From contig NC_083279.1 in NCBI RefSeq assembly GCF_963506605.1, forward strand, positions 101,742,001 to 101,806,000: a stretch of DNA of 64,000 nt, read 5' to 3'. Made by a program: the position numbers and the translations under genes. Of this stretch, positions 44,901 to 58,300 are shown one piece after another. Position 1 is the stretch's first letter, and every line of letters begins with the position of its first letter. The notes under the pieces are model-generated. The model was not told the origin of the DNA and did no database searches. It saw nothing but the letters and a program-made list of their open reading frames with translations. Source of the stretch: Zootoca vivipara (lineage: Eukaryota).

Positions 44901-47192
44901 TAATAATAATAATTTATTTATACCCCGCCCATCTGGTTGGGTTTCCCCAGCCACTCTGGGCGGCTTCCAACAGAATATCAAAATGCAATAATCTATTAAA
45001 CATTAAAAGCTTCCCTAAAGAGGGTTGCCTTCAGATGTCTTTTAAAAGTCTGGTAGTTGTTTTTCTCTTTGACATCTGGTGGAAGGGTGTTCCACAGGGC
45101 GGGTGCCACTACCGAGAAGGCCCTCTGCCTGGTTCCCTGTAACTTAGCTTCTCGCAGCGAGGGAACCACCAGAAGGCCCTCAGCGCTGGACCTCAGTGTC
45201 CGGGAAGAACGATGGGGGTGGAGACGCTCCTTCAGGTGGCTTCTGCCCCCCACCTCTCCCCACCTCCAAGCTCCCCCTTGCTGCCTGCCCCCTTCCTTAC
45301 CGGGCAGAAGAAGGAGTTGTCGGTGATGTATCGGGCGACCGTGTGGCTCCCGGCCGACAGGGCCATGAGGAGGAGGAGGGCGTCTCTGGCCTGCTGCCCC
45401 ACCAGCCCCTCGCGGTGGATGAAGGGCACCAGCAGGGAGAAGACCAGCAGGTTGGTGGGGGGCCCCGGCTCGCCCGCCGCAGGGGGGCTGTGGAAAAAGA
45501 GCTCCAGCAGGGGGGGCTCCCTGGCCGCCGAGACACAGAGCTGGTGCACCAGGAGGACCAGGCTGCCCTCCAGGGCCGCGGAGGCCGGCCCAGCACACAG
45601 GCCCAGCAGGCGCAGGAGGGGGCCCAGCACGGGCCGGTGGCACAGGAGGGGCTGGTGCGCTTGGCCCAGGAGCATCTCGTAGAGCTTGAGCAGCTCGGCC
45701 TTGCGCTCCTCAGGGAGCTCCCCCCGCCGAAGGTGCCAGGCCAGCAGGCGGCCCAGGACATTCTCGGCCAGCGCCAGCTCCAGGATGGGCCCCGGGGAGC
45801 CCTCTGCCCGAGGGCGCTCCTCCGCCAGCAGCGTCAGCAATTGTAGCGTGTGGTTGCGCACGGCGCTCAGGTCGTCCGCCGCGCCCCCCTGCGCCCCCCG
45901 CGAGGCCGGGCTCTTCTCCAGGATGCGCAGCACCTGTGGGGGGGGAGTGGGGGGGAAGAGTCAGACAGAAACCGATGTAGACTGCCTCTGGGGCTGGAGG
46001 CTCTGCAAGAGGAGCCTCTGCTCTCACAGACGCCCCTCCTGTCCATCTCAAGGGGCACAAATAGGGCGACATTGGGGAGTCTGTTCTAAAATACAGTGGT
46101 ACCTCGGTTTTCAAATGTAATCCGTTCCAGAAGACCCTTCGATTTCTGAAACATTTGAAAACCGAAAACTCAATAGCCGACAGCTAGATCTTTTACTCAG
46201 CAGAAGCTGCATGGCATGTTCGAAAACCGAAGCATTGACTTCCGGGTTTACAGTGTTCGATAACCGAAATGTTCTTCAACGAAGATGTTTAAAAACCGAG
46301 GTACCACTGTACATCGTAGGGCAGAGCTTTCCAAACCGTGTGTCTTGACACATTCATGTGCCGGCTGCAATGTGCAGGAGCGTCGCACAAACACTCTCTG
46401 CGCTCCTCCCAGGGCTGGAAAGGGGTTAGTTTAACATTTGGTTTACCAGTAAAACGGAATTACTGTGTCACAAAATGATGCATGTCTAAAAAGTGTGTCA
46501 GCGACTGGAAAAGCTGGGAAAGCTCTGCAGCAGGTTGTAAAGAAATGTATTAAGTATTGGAATCACAATTTCATTTATATACCTTTATCTTAGACACGTA
46601 TGTTTAGAATTCGTGTTTGTTTTTTTCTTTCTCCCCCCCCTTTTTGTTGTATTTCCCCCTCTCTATTCTGTATAATTTAAATATTTTCGATATTATATGT
46701 AGAGAAAACACACACGCACAAAAACACACACACAATAAACCATTCCCCTTCCTGTGGTTCCCAGCTACCGGGATGCAGAACGTTGCTGCCCCTGACTTTG
46801 GGGGGCAGAGCAGACCCACTGCGGCTACTAACCCTCGATAGCCCTTTCCTCCTCCATGAATTCGTCTGATCCTCTTAAAGCGGCCATCACAGGCTCCAGT
46901 GGCAGCGAGTTCCACAGCTGTCCATGCGCGCACGTCCCCTCTCACCCCATTCTTCATTTTCCCACCCCGAAGCCTCTCTTGGGGGGAACGTCCCTTCTCC
47001 CCCCACCCCCTTCCTGGGCCAAGCACCCCTACTCCCCCCCCCACTCACCTGAACCCAGTGATTCTTGAAGACCATGAGGCAGGTTTCAGGGTCGGCTGCC
47101 ATGGGGCTCTGCAGGCTGGCGCCACGGCTTCCCCGGTGCCCCCCGGCCCCCGCCCGGGGGTTCAGCTTGCTCAGCCAGCTCATCCTCTCCAT
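33867..47192 (-). CDS. FHIP1B: FHF complex subunit HOOK-interacting protein 1B (FAM160A2), 1002 aa; exons 47192-47049, 45933-45301, 44190-44032, 43189-43103, 42757-42590, 42311-42232, 41546-41377, 40831-39926, 36549-36371, 36262-36100, 34186-33867
   Basis: MERMSWLSKL...ADPETCLMVFKNHW, VLATGLSALYSSLPRK, VAHPLVQKQLVDYIHNGFL, SPSVDSSSVVTVPKPSTPSRL, EALRVKNAVYCAVIF. All 10 introns GT-AG with consistent phases (3009 nt). Confidence 0.97.
34965..35926. mobile_element. Tc1/mariner-type non-autonomous element in an (ATT)n tract, interrupted by CR1
   Basis: TA|cagtggtacctt...aaggaaccactg|TA. Confidence 0.8.
35485..35866 (-). mobile_element. CR1 LINE 3' end (nested)
   Basis: FSLEKRRLRGDMIAMFKYMKG... 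Confidence 0.92.
36692..36977. mobile_element. Tc1/mariner-type MITE
   Basis: TA|cagtggtgcct...aggcaccactg|TA. Confidence 0.85.
37900..38188. mobile_element. Tc1/mariner-type MITE, inverted relative to the 36692 copy
   Basis: Same TIRs; body is the reverse complement of 36692-36977. Confidence 0.85.
38525..38852. mobile_element. hAT-type non-autonomous element
   Basis: cagggccggattt...taagctatagcttgtttagctta; same family as 60828-61902. Confidence 0.7.
41733..41984 (+). mobile_element. tRNA-derived SINE with (CTT)n tail
   Basis: Copy of 29346-29596. Confidence 0.8.
43428..43716 (-). mobile_element. L2-type LINE 3' fragment
   Basis: [14 protein letters not shown] peptide and shared 3' UTR. 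Confidence 0.88.
44896..45236 (-). mobile_element. L2-type LINE 3' fragment
   Basis: Same family. Confidence 0.88.
46094..46309. mobile_element. Tc1/mariner-type MITE
   Basis: TA|cagtggtacctcggtttt...aaaaccgaggtaccactg|TA. Confidence 0.85.
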
Positions 47193-48863
47193 CGGGAAGG
47201 GCAGCGCTGCGTGGGGTGGGGGTCGTGGGAAGGGGGAGAGGCTGTGGCGGGCAGTCAGAGGTCACAGGCGGCTCTGCGCTGGACTGACTCCTGGGAGGGC
47301 AGCTGTGGGGCACAGCTGCGGGGCGGGCAAGGAGGGGGGGTGGGAGGTCCTTCTGGCCAGCGGGGGCGCCATGCTGCTCCAGAGGAAGCCCCGGCCTGCG
47401 GAAACAGAATGTGGGAAGAGTGAGCGGGAGCTGTGACCTCGAACTGGGGACCCCATGAGTCATCTAGCCCAACCTCTGGCAATGCAGGAAGCCCCGCTAA
47501 GGAATCCCCGACAGGCGGCCATCCAAACTCTGCTTAAGGAATAATAGAATCATATAGCTGGAAGGGACCCCAAGGGTCATCCAGTCCACCCCCCTCCAAT
47601 GCAACATTTCAAACAAAAGAAACAGTTCCCCCCCTCCACTGCCACCCCCCCAGACATGATGGGCAGGGCCACCTCCAGCAAAGGCTAGCTCTGAAGCACC
47701 CCATTATCCAGCCTTTCCCACTGGTAGACTGCGCCTGCGAAGGAAGTTCTGCTTGGGACAGAAAGTCAGGCAGACATTGCCGCTGTTTCAAGCCAGCTGA
47801 GTTGCAAGGCCGCCTGCCTGGGATTCTTTCGCTGTGACTCCTACAATTATCTGACCTCCTGCTCAGCCCAGCGATAGCTCCCTCCTTGCCCTGAAAGGCT
47901 CTGCGGAAGTAAAATTAAGCAATTGGCTCTTTGGAGAGTGCGAAGCCAAGATACAATCTCCTACGAAAACCTCACTCCTTCCTTCTCTCCCCACCAACAA
48001 AGGTCTGAGGCGCCTGCCCCAGAGATAGGTCACCATCTCCCCCCACCCCCACCCCCAATCTCTAGATCCAACTGAAGACGCCTTTTCAGAAGCCGTTTCT
48101 CAGACATTCAGGGCAAATCCCTCCTGGCTGGCACCATTCCAAGATCCTAAACGCCACTTAGATGAGACTGTATGGCCCAGTGGTTAGAGAGGCAGACTAG
48201 GGACCTGCGAGAAACCAGGGTTAAAATCCCCCCTCGGCACCCATGAAACTCCCTTGGGTGAGCTGGCCGGTCTCTCAAGAGCCTGGCCCACTTTGCAAGG
48301 TGGTTGTCGTGGGGATTCAATGAGAGGACCATGCGAGGTGGGATAGAAATGCAATAAAAGAAATAATTCTTTATGGCGGATTTGTGTACCAAAGCCCTCT
48401 CCGCTCCTGCAGTTTTCCAGCAACTGGGATTCAGCAGCAGGCTGCCTCTGACTGCGGAGGGCAGAGCCGAGCCCCAGAGAGCCCTCTCTTCCTCCAGGAA
48501 CTTGTCCAGTCCTAAAGCCATCCCAGCCTCCTGCAGCAGGGAGTTCCACTGGGCCTCTTTTCTCCTGGCTTGGCTGCTGGGCTGAGAGACGTTGAGGGTG
48601 GCTGGACGGAAGCGGCTTCCGCTGCCCTTTGCCCAGAATCAGGGGCGAAGACGAATACGAAGACCGGGGGGGGGGGCAGGGCTGCTCTTGAGCTTGGATC
48701 CTGCCTGGGGGTTCGCCAGGAGGCTGGGCTAGACAGGCTCCCTTTGGCCTCATCCAGCCAGTTCCTCTGACGCTCATCTTCCTCTGCGACTGCATTTGGT
48801 GCTGCTGGTGTCGCTGAAGCTTACGGCTCCCCTTGCAAATGGCAGCGAGGTCCCTGAAGCCAC

Positions 48864-49226
48864 GTGGAGAAGAGAAGGTTAAGGGGTGATATGATAGCCA
48901 TGTTCAAATATATGAAAGGATGTCATATGGAGGAGGGAGAAAGATTGTTTTCTGCTGCTCCAGAGAAGCGGACACGGAGCAATGGATTCAAACTACAAGA
49001 AAGAAAATTCCACCTAAACATTAGGAAGAACTTCCTGACAGTAAGAGCTGTTCGGCAGTGGAATGTGCTGCCAAGGAGTGCGGTGGAGTCTCCTTCTTTG
49101 GAGGTCTTTAAGCAGAGGCTTGACAGCCATCTGTCAATAATGCTTTGATGGTGTTTCCTGCTTGGCAGGGGGTTGGACTGGATGGCCCTTGTGGTCTCTA
49201 GGATTCTATTATTCTATGATTCTATG
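48864..49226 (+). mobile_element. CR1 LINE 3' end
   Basis: EKRRLRGDMIAMFKY... peptide and ATTCTATG tail. Confidence 0.92.
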
Positions 49227-49616
49227 TGTCACCAGAAGCTGCGCTTATGGTCCTTGAAACTGCAGGCAGGCGGCGATGCCATCCCTCGTGGCGCCAACCA
49301 CAACCAGCAGGCGGAATCAAGGCTTCCTAGCCTCCCCTGGCAGCACAGTAGGCCGCGATGCCCGCCTGGAGGGAGACAGGCGCTGCCCCCGGCCTTCGTG
49401 GTTCCCCCCCCCCCGGCGCTGGAGAGCATGAAGAGTCTGCAGGATCAGGTCCCGTCTGGCCCAGCACCTGCTTCTCGCAGGGACCAACTTCCTTGTAGGA
49501 AGCCCAAAAGTTGGACCCAAAGACAAGCAGTTGCCCACAACAGGCTTTCGGAATCACTGTTCCCTCCAACCACAGAAGCAGGGACTCTCAAGGTATAAAT
49601 AATAATAATAATAATA

Positions 49617-49654
<38 letters not shown>

Positions 49655-51399
49655 CATCATCATCAGCCTTTGTAGCTAGTATTTATCGTTATTGATACCC
49701 CTCCCTTTATCCAAAGATCAAACATCAGATCCAACAACAATTAGAAATGTGTTACAGATCATCAATGATAAAAACGTAACACGTGGGAGCCACAGATCTT
49801 CCTCCATGAATTCATCTCCTCCTCTTCCAAGGCCATTCGAGTTGGTGGCCATCCCCGCCTCCTGCAGCAGGGAGTCCCACAGTTTAACTCTCCGTTACAT
49901 GAAAAAGGACTTTCTTTTATCCCCCCTGAATCTTCCCGGGAGTTCTCCTCGTGTTCAGCCTCTTTTCCTGCTGGTCCTCTTGGGAAAGGGTTCAGGGGCC
50001 AAGTTGGGGACGAATGCTGAATTTTGCTAGCTCTGCTCTGAAGGCCCCTCGGCCAACGGCCATTGCGAAACATTGGCGTCTTCCAGGGAAATGGTTGCAT
50101 TATGCAAAGCCGTGCATCATGTAGACCCAGCAGCTGAGCCCAAGGGGGAAGGGTCTTTGGGGGGACACAGCCCTCCCCCTGGCCTTCTCTCTGAGCCCCT
50201 TCACCTAGAGATCAAGGATTTAGCGCAGGAGACACTTAATTTCCCCCACATTTTTTTTTTAAAGCCACTTCTGCTTCTGGTGGTTTATTTCAGTCCCAGA
50301 AGAGGAACAAGGGGCTGCTTTTAATTGCATTTCTCCTTACTGTGCTGGGTGTCTTTCTAGGGAAGCTTCCCCACATGCAGACAAGCAGGATCTGAACGCA
50401 TGTCCCTCTGCTTGGCATCTCCTTCCCCCGCCAAGGGGAGGCTGAGCGGGGGGGGGGGGTGAGGCAGAATGCCAGCCGACCCACCGCTCTGCCCTCTCCC
50501 GGCTGCTGAGCCAAGTTCTCACCTTACAAACAAGCCGGAGGAGCCTGGTTCATCCCCCCCCCCCGGGGGGGGTTCCTCTTGGCAACCGAGGAGGAGAAGC
50601 AGCCGCAGCAGCTGCCGCCCTTGGCAGCAGCGGGATCAGGCCCTGCCCTCGCCCACAAGCCCTCCCTCCCGCTGCTGTCAAGGGTGGGGCTCTTTGGCAC
50701 AAGTTACAAGGCTCAGGAAAGGCGTTTCCACGTATCCCAAACACGTCCTTCCTCCCCAGATGAAAGAAACTGGGGGGAATTCCTTCCGCCTCCAGGCCAG
50801 GGAAAGTCTAAAGTCCGCTGCTCCTTCTGCGGGAGCAAGAGAGGCAGCGGCGGAGATCCCTGCCAGGCCCGTCTCTGGGTTGCAACAAGCTAGGCACAGA
50901 TCCTGGCTGCTCCTGCCTGGCGGGTCTGGCATAGGTAGCAGGGTCTACGAAGAGCTGACTGGATCAGGCCAAGGGGGTCCCCCAAGCCCAGCCCCCTGTT
51001 CTCACAGGGGCCAGCCAGATGTGCCCCTGGGGTGTCCCCAAAAGGACATGGGCAAGGCAGCAGCCCAGCCCCCTCCTGCCCTGCTCAGCAACTGGCGCTC
51101 CAAAGGATTGCAGGTGCCCATCGTGGAGGCAGAGAAAAACCGTGTGTGTGTGAAGACCTCGTTTCCAATATTGTGATTGATCACCAGCTAAACATCGCAA
51201 TATACCAGTATCTCATCACAATGTCTGAAATAAGGATGGAGCTCTGAAGAGGCACCGGCTGGCTCCACGAATTTCCCTGCATGGTGATTTTTCCATAGCA
51301 CACAAACGCACATCATTATTCACGATATATTGCCAGGTCCAAAATTATGGATTTGGAAGATATATCAAGAGACCGCCCAGCCCTGTTATTTGCCATGGA

Positions 51400-52400
51400 T
51401 AGCCCTTTCCTCCTCCATGAGCTAGCCTGCTCCTCTTTTAAAGTCATCCAAGTCGGTGGCCCTCATGGCCTCCTGTGGCAGGGAGTTCCACAGTTCCAAC
51501 TCTGCATAAAGAAGGATCTTCTTTTCTCTGACCCAAATCTTCTGACATCCGGCTGCATTGAATGCCCAAAAGTTCTAGCATTGGAAGGGAAGGGGGGGCG
51601 GGATTCTCCTCTAGCTACTTTCTCCAGCCCAGGCATCATTTTATAAGCTTCTAGCCTGCCCCCTCTTCCCCGGCCTTTTGCTGAGCTATAAGCCCTTGGG
51701 CAATCACTGCACCCCCCTGATCTTTTCTGAACCTTTTCCAATCCTACAACATCCTTCTTGAGGTGAGGCGACCAGAACTGAGCACAGTATTCCAAATGTG
51801 GCCGCAACATAGATTTGTACAACAGCACCACAAAGTTGGCAGCGTTCCTTTCCGAATGATCCCTAGCATGGAATCTGCTCAAATGGAATGGCATTTGCTA
51901 TTTTATGACCCACTCACTGCATTTGGAGAGAGGTCCTTCTGGAACTCCTTGCAATCTCTTTTGGCCTCCCCTGGGGGCATCTAGTCCACCCCCTGCAAAG
52001 CAGGAATCTCAGTGAAAGCATTCGTATAGTTCTTGACACTCTCACAGAACTCCATAAACTTTGTGAGACGTGACTTGTCCCTGCCGAAGCCATGCTGGCT
52101 CCGCTTCAGCAAGGCTTGTTCTTCTATATGCTTGCTTATTTTAGCCTTAACAATACTTTCCACCACTTTTCCCAGGACATAAATTAAGCTAAGCAGCCTG
52201 CAATTCCTAGGATCCCTTTTTAAAAACTGGTGTTACGTTGGCTACTTTCCAGGCCTCAGGTATGGAGGCTGATCCAAGGGGAAAGTCACTTATTTTTGTT
52301 CGATCAGCAATTTCCCGTTTCTTTGAGATCTTGCAGGAATGCCACCTGGACAATTTTCAGTCTTTCTCTACCAGCCACGAATTCCTCGCTCCTCCGCCCT
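51400..52400 (-). mobile_element. Old CR1 ORF2 remnants
   Basis: LYKSMLRPHLEYCAQFWSPHLKKD and SQHGF peptides, with frameshifts. Confidence 0.75.
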
Positions 52401-54932
52401 GCCTGCCTCAGTTTCTCGGACAGATGCACAGAACTGCTTTGGCTTCTCTGCAATTTGCTTCTCCTCCTTTAGCCCTTCTTGGTCTTCCCTGTCATCCAAG
52501 GGTCCAAGAGTCTCCTTGGACAGTCCCTGTCTTTAAGGCGGCTTTGTGAGCAAGTTCCTGGAAGGAGCCCCTCCACACATTCCTCCTTTAAAGGGCAGCC
52601 CCATTAAACTGGTGAGGGCCAGAGGCAGGACCTTTTGGGGGGCGGCTCCACATCCTTGCCACCCTCTTTCCAAGCACGCCTTCCCACAAGGGCTCCAGAG
52701 GCCATTTCTGTTCAAAACAGCTGTTCCTTAATACTTTGGCTGCTTTCGGAGTTAACTGCTATTTAAAACTCAGTTTCTGCTCGTGGCTTGTATTTTACTG
52801 CTGCTATTTTCAGAAGCTTTGGTGTTTTATAGAGTGGGGTTTGCAATTCCACAAAGAACAGGTACTGGGTTTCCAACTTTGCCGCCTCGGGTGGGTCAGT
52901 CCCCCAGAAGAAGACCTGTAGCATCAACCAAGCTGGATCCTGCCCCAGGTGAAGGGGAGGTAGGCAGAGCAGCTACCTGTCAGCCCGCTCCTCCATCTCC
53001 TGGCTGGCTGCATTCCCAGGTAGGTCACAGTCCCTGCTTGGCAGGTGAACCTCAGCCCTCCGTGCCTGCTCCCCACAGCTCAGAGCCCCATGGCACACAC
53101 CTGGCACACAGAGAAAGAGGAGCCCCCTCCCCAGCCCCAATGCAGAGCTGCCCCTTCCCCAGAGACATGACTCACCGGCTGCGCCCCAAGAGACGGAGGG
53201 AGGGAGGCAGGCAGGCAGGCAGCAAAGGCGGAAGAGCAGTCCAGCCGCTCCCCCCCTCCCTGCGTGGACTCTGCCCCTTCTTAGGGCAGGGCAGGGCAAA
53301 GCCAGGAGGAGGCAGCCTCATCCAGACACCCCACAGCCGTGGAGACAGCCAGGGATCTATGGGGCGACTGCGCTGACTCAGTTCAAAAAGGAGATTGCAG
53401 AGCAGAAACAGTTCAGAAAATAGCAATCGAGGTGATCAAAGCGAGGAAAGAGTGTGGCCTTTGGGAGTCTTTAGCTTGGAGAAAAGGAGAGGCAAGAGGG
53501 GGGGCACTTGTGGAATTATTCACGGCAAGGAGAAAGGGGATAGGGAAAAGTTGTCCTCCTTCTCTCCTAACTCGCAGGCCTCCAGCTGAATGTGGGGAGG
53601 CTCAGGACCAAAGGAAGCCGAACTGTGGAACTCCCTCCCACAGGAAGCCCCCCCCCCGCCTAGATGGCTCTAAAAGAGCATCCAACCAACTCAGGGAGGA
53701 GGAGAGGGCCATCGAGGGCGACTAGCCAGGCTCCACAGTTTCTCTCCCTCTCTCCTAAATCCAGAACTCGTGGAGACCCAGCAAAGCTGAAGGTTGGAGG
53801 ATCCAGGGCAGGTGGAAGGAAGGAAGGGCTGTTCCCGTCCCGTCCGCCAGCCTGGAGCCAGACCCAAGAGGATCGTGTTGCTGCCTTTCCTCCAGGAAGA
53901 ACAGGAGCCGAGGCAACAGCGAAAGCCTAGGCACCTTGCCCAGGAGCAGAGGCCGCAGGTGGGAAGAGCTCACCTGTCTGCTGAGGGAAGGACGAGCCCT
54001 TCCTTTTACCTGCCCTGAATCTTCCAGAAATCATCTTATCCGCTTCTGCCGTGTCGCCTCTTCCTTGCCTTTTCTCCCCAGTCGCTCCATCCCCGGCTCA
54101 GTTTCCGAACCTTTTCAAACTCTGCCCTCCATCTCCTCTTTGGGGGATATTGATTAGGAGCAAGCTGGGCTTTGAGAGGCACAAAGGGAGGCTCAGGGGA
54201 CCCGAATCTCTCCCCCCCCAGTTAACTCTGCCAGAAGCCAAGTGTGTTTTGCAAGGGGAGGGGAGAGAGGTTGCTAAGATCTACTCCAGGCACCGGATCC
54301 CTCAGGATCAGCAGTCCCACCGGGTTTGCAGGGCAGGCTGCTTCCCCCTTTGCAGCAAGAGTTCTAGGACTGGGAGGGTCTAGATCAGGAAGAGGGGGGG
54401 GAAGACACCCACCCCATAGCACTGCTCCTCGGGTTTCCGTTCCTCCATCCCCCCCCCAAGCTGCTCTGAACTCTGAAACCTCCTGCAGGAGATCCAATGA
54501 CCCCTCCTCTCCTTCAGGACCTGGTTCTAAAACCGGACGGGGTGCCCACGACCGCTGGCTCCCAGGGGGGCAGTAGAGACGGAAGGGGCCCCCCAGGGTC
54601 ATCTCGCCCACCCCCAGGGCAGGTGGCCACCCCACCTCTGCTGAAACATCTCCCAGGAAGGAGCCATCGGATGTTGTGGGGGCAGGACCCATGGCCCCTC
54701 TCCTAGGCTCCTGGTCCAAGTGTCAGACAAGAAGACTCCCCACAGGCACAGAAGCAGGGGGGGCAGTGACCTTCTCCAAGCCACACAACACCCCCCCCCG
54801 GCCTCCACCAGACTCACGAGGACAGCAGAAGGAGCTGCTGGATCAGGCCGAGCCTCCTGCTCTCACAGCAGCCGAATGCCCCTATCAAGCCAGGAATCCA
54901 GATAGACTGGCTCTGGGCCAGGAGGCTCCATC

Positions 54933-55302
54933 AGAATCATAGAATCCTAGAATCCTAGAGTTGGAAGAGACCCCAAGGGCCATCCAGTCCAACCCCCTGC
55001 CAAGCAGGAAACACCATCAAAGCATTCTTGACATATGCCTGTCAAGCCTCTGCTTAAAGACCTCCAAAGAAGGAGACTCCACCACACTCCTTGGTAGCAA
55101 ATTCCACTGCCGAACAGCTCTTACTGTCAGGAAGTTCTTCCTAATGTTTAGGTGGACTCTTCTTTCTTGTAGTTTGAATCCATTGCTCCGTGTCCGCTTC
55201 TCTGGAGCAGCAGAAAACAATCTTTCTCCCTCCTCCATATGACATCCTTTCATATATTTGAACATGGCTATCGTATCACCCCTTATCACCCCTTAACCTT
55301 CT
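54933..55302 (-). mobile_element. CR1 LINE 3' end
   Basis: Same young family. Confidence 0.92.
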
Positions 55303-58300
55303 CGAAGAGCCTGCTGGATGAGGCCAGGGGCCCAGCTAGTCCAGTCTCCTGGGCAGATGCCTGAAGGGAACCTGCAAGAGGGATTGAACCCAAGGGGAAG
55401 ACTCCCCCCCTCCCCTCCTGTGGCTCTTCAGAAGCAGGGCTGCCTCGGGCGGTGGAGTCGGAGCCCCTGAGACCCTTGGGAGACGCTTCCCCCTCGACAC
55501 GTCTAGGAACGACTCCAGGCAGGGGCGCCTTGTCCTGATTTCACTTGGGAGAGCGGGGGGCGGGGGGGGACATGAGCATTGCAAGCCAGGACTCCTGGGT
55601 CCCAGCAAAGCAGCCCTCCCCCCTCAGTCGCAAGAAGAGGCGAGGGTGAACTCTGACACAGGCTGAGCCTGCCCAGCCCACAGGAATTCCGGCACATTCC
55701 ACAGGGCGCTGGGCTGGGCTGGGCTGGGGGCCAAGGAGGCTGTGGCGGGAGGGTGGGGAGGCAGGCTGGAACCTTGAGAAGATAGAGAGGGAGGGAGGGA
55801 GGGAGGGAGGGCCATGCCCTCTGGCCCAGACAGGCGGGGAGTGGCTCAGGGGAGAGCTGAGGGCACTCTGCCCACGTGCAGAGGCACCCCCTCCTCCCTG
55901 GCAGCTTCTTGAGAATTGGGGGTGTCAATTACTTATGGGGGGCATCTTCAGGGACCAGGGCAGACCGGCCAAGTCTTCCGTCATCTTTAGGCAGCCCCCG
56001 CCCCAAAAATATCCTTCTCAGCACTTCTTCCCCCGTCCTCCGGCCCAGCAGGCAGCCTAAAAAGGCTGCCACCCACTGCGGGGGGGGCGCTAAATCTAGT
56101 CCAAACTGGACCCTTCCTTGGGGTCAGAAGGAAGACACAGCAAGGGGGGAGGACGATGAAGAGGGTGGCTTTCCTGAGAGGACGCCCCCCCCCGAACCTT
56201 CTGCCACAGGGTGGGCAGAGGCAGAGCTAAGCAGAGGCCAGTGAGAAACAGCAGGAATCTCCCCCCCCCAAAAAAAATCATGCTGTATTTGGATCTCAGA
56301 GGCGCCACCCGACTCCCCCCCCCAGCCATGAGTCAGGCCAGCCAGAAATAACCGTTTGCAGCAGGAGGAGAAGCATGCTGGGAAGGGAAGAGGGAGGGGG
56401 CTCAGCCTGGCCCAGGACCACCACCCTTCTTTTGCAATATTGACTTTATTCCACGCTGGCCAAAAAGTGGGGTTTTTTTTTCCCATTTTGAATTTCCGGG
56501 CGCGATCGAGGTTTCGAGCGTCTGCTGTGAGTCGCTTTGGGCACAGCTCCCCGTGGGGAAGGATTAGTAAACACAGCGATCAATCGATCCGTCCATCACC
56601 CCCCTAAAGGCATCGGGGTGGGGTGGGGGGAGGCACAGCAGGCAAGGAATTTTGGGGGTCTCCTGCCCCCAGCATTTGCCAGCCTGGTGTGGGCACAGCG
56701 CTTTGGGGGAGAGCCCAGTCCTTTGGGGGCAGGCCAACAGGGCCCAGTAGGGGAGCAGGGTCAGGGGGTCTCTGCCAGGAACACCCCCCCTCCCTGCCCC
56801 CCCCGAGGAGGCCAGAGAACCTCTCAAACTCAGAGGCATCCCACAAAGGGCACCAGTTGCCCCCTGAAAACATTCCTGTTTACATAATCCCATATAGATG
56901 CTTAGGAAGTGGAGGGAATTCTAATCCTTTTTGGTAGCATTCCATGCTTGAAAGCAAGGTTGCCATTCTTTCTGGATTTTCTTATCTTTTCGTAAACCAC
57001 TTAATCATAACAAATAATATTTTCATACCCTGCCCATCTGTCTGGGTAGCCTTGAGGTTTTGATTTCTATCAATCAAGTGGCGTGTAAACCTTACAAAAT
57101 AAATCAATGAATCTCAGGGCTGGAAGGTTTCAGGGCAGAGAAAAAGAAAGGGCTTCTTCAGGCAGAGCTGGACTGGGGAACTCCCTGCCACAAGAGGCAG
57201 TGACAGCCACCAATCCAGGCAGCCCTTTCAGAGAAGGTTGCACAAATTCACGGAGGAGGAAAAGGCTCCTGCGTGATAAGTGGGGAAGGGGCTCTGGTGC
57301 TGGGCACCTCTGCAGGAAAGAGCCTGTCCCAGAGCAGCCCCCAGCCAGGCGGGCAAGGCGGCAGGAGGGTGCCTGGCAGGGCAAAGCGGGCCTCCCACGC
57401 CGGGTGACTTGGAGGGGCAGCCAAGAGGCCTTGGGATCAAAGCCCTGCTTAAACCTGCCCAGTGGGCATCTGCCTCATGCCCAGGGAGGGAGCTGCCAAG
57501 GGAGTCGGGCGGTGCCAGGCCAGGCCGCCTTCCAGGAGGCTGCCTCTCGCCCTGCTTCTCCTCCTCGCGGCTAAATTTAGCTTGGAAGAGGCTCTTTGGG
57601 GAGGGATGTCCTTGAGAACAGCTCTAGAATCAGAGGGTCACCCAGCTCAAGGCAGGAATCACAACAGCCTGGCAGGGCGGGCCAGGGCAGGAAAGCGCCA
57701 CCCCAGAGGGAGCACCGAGGGAAGGAGCTCCATCCTGCCCACACAAACTGGCAGCAGCTGTCCAGGGTTTCAGACAGGGGTCTCTCTCCCACCCAGCCTG
57801 GGAATTGAATCTTCTACATTCCAAGCAAGTGCTCTGTCCCTGAGACCTAGGAAGGCAGAAAGCTGCCATGCGGGGGGGGGGGAGAGAAAAACACTCTGCA
57901 CATGGCCAGGTGCCCGTTCTGCCCACAGATATTCAGAAGGCAATGGCTGGGAATTCAGAGGGCAGGGCTGGCCTAGGTGTGCACAAATGCCCATTCAGGC
58001 AGGCGCCCCCTCAGAGGACGGACCCCTCCCCAAAGAATCCCCCCCCCCGGTCTGGGCATGTTGTGGAGGCAGCCGTGTCCCAAGGTGACCCCGGCAGCTC
58101 AGCTCACTTGCCAGGGAACCTCGGAAAAAATGATGGAGGCGGAGGAGAAGAAGAAGAAGGAGGAGGAGGAGGAGGGCAGGAGTGGCCCCTTCCCCTCCCC
58201 ACAAGATAGCTGACAGGAGACAGGGAAAAGGGAGGGACTCCCCACCCAGCGCCCCAGAGCCAAGGAGCAGGATCTGAGCCCCAGAGGCCCTTCCCCTCCC

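Noticed and set aside
4293-45236. Minus-strand bias of L2 copies
   Set aside because: Few copies, and plus-strand remnants exist; not distinguishable from chance.
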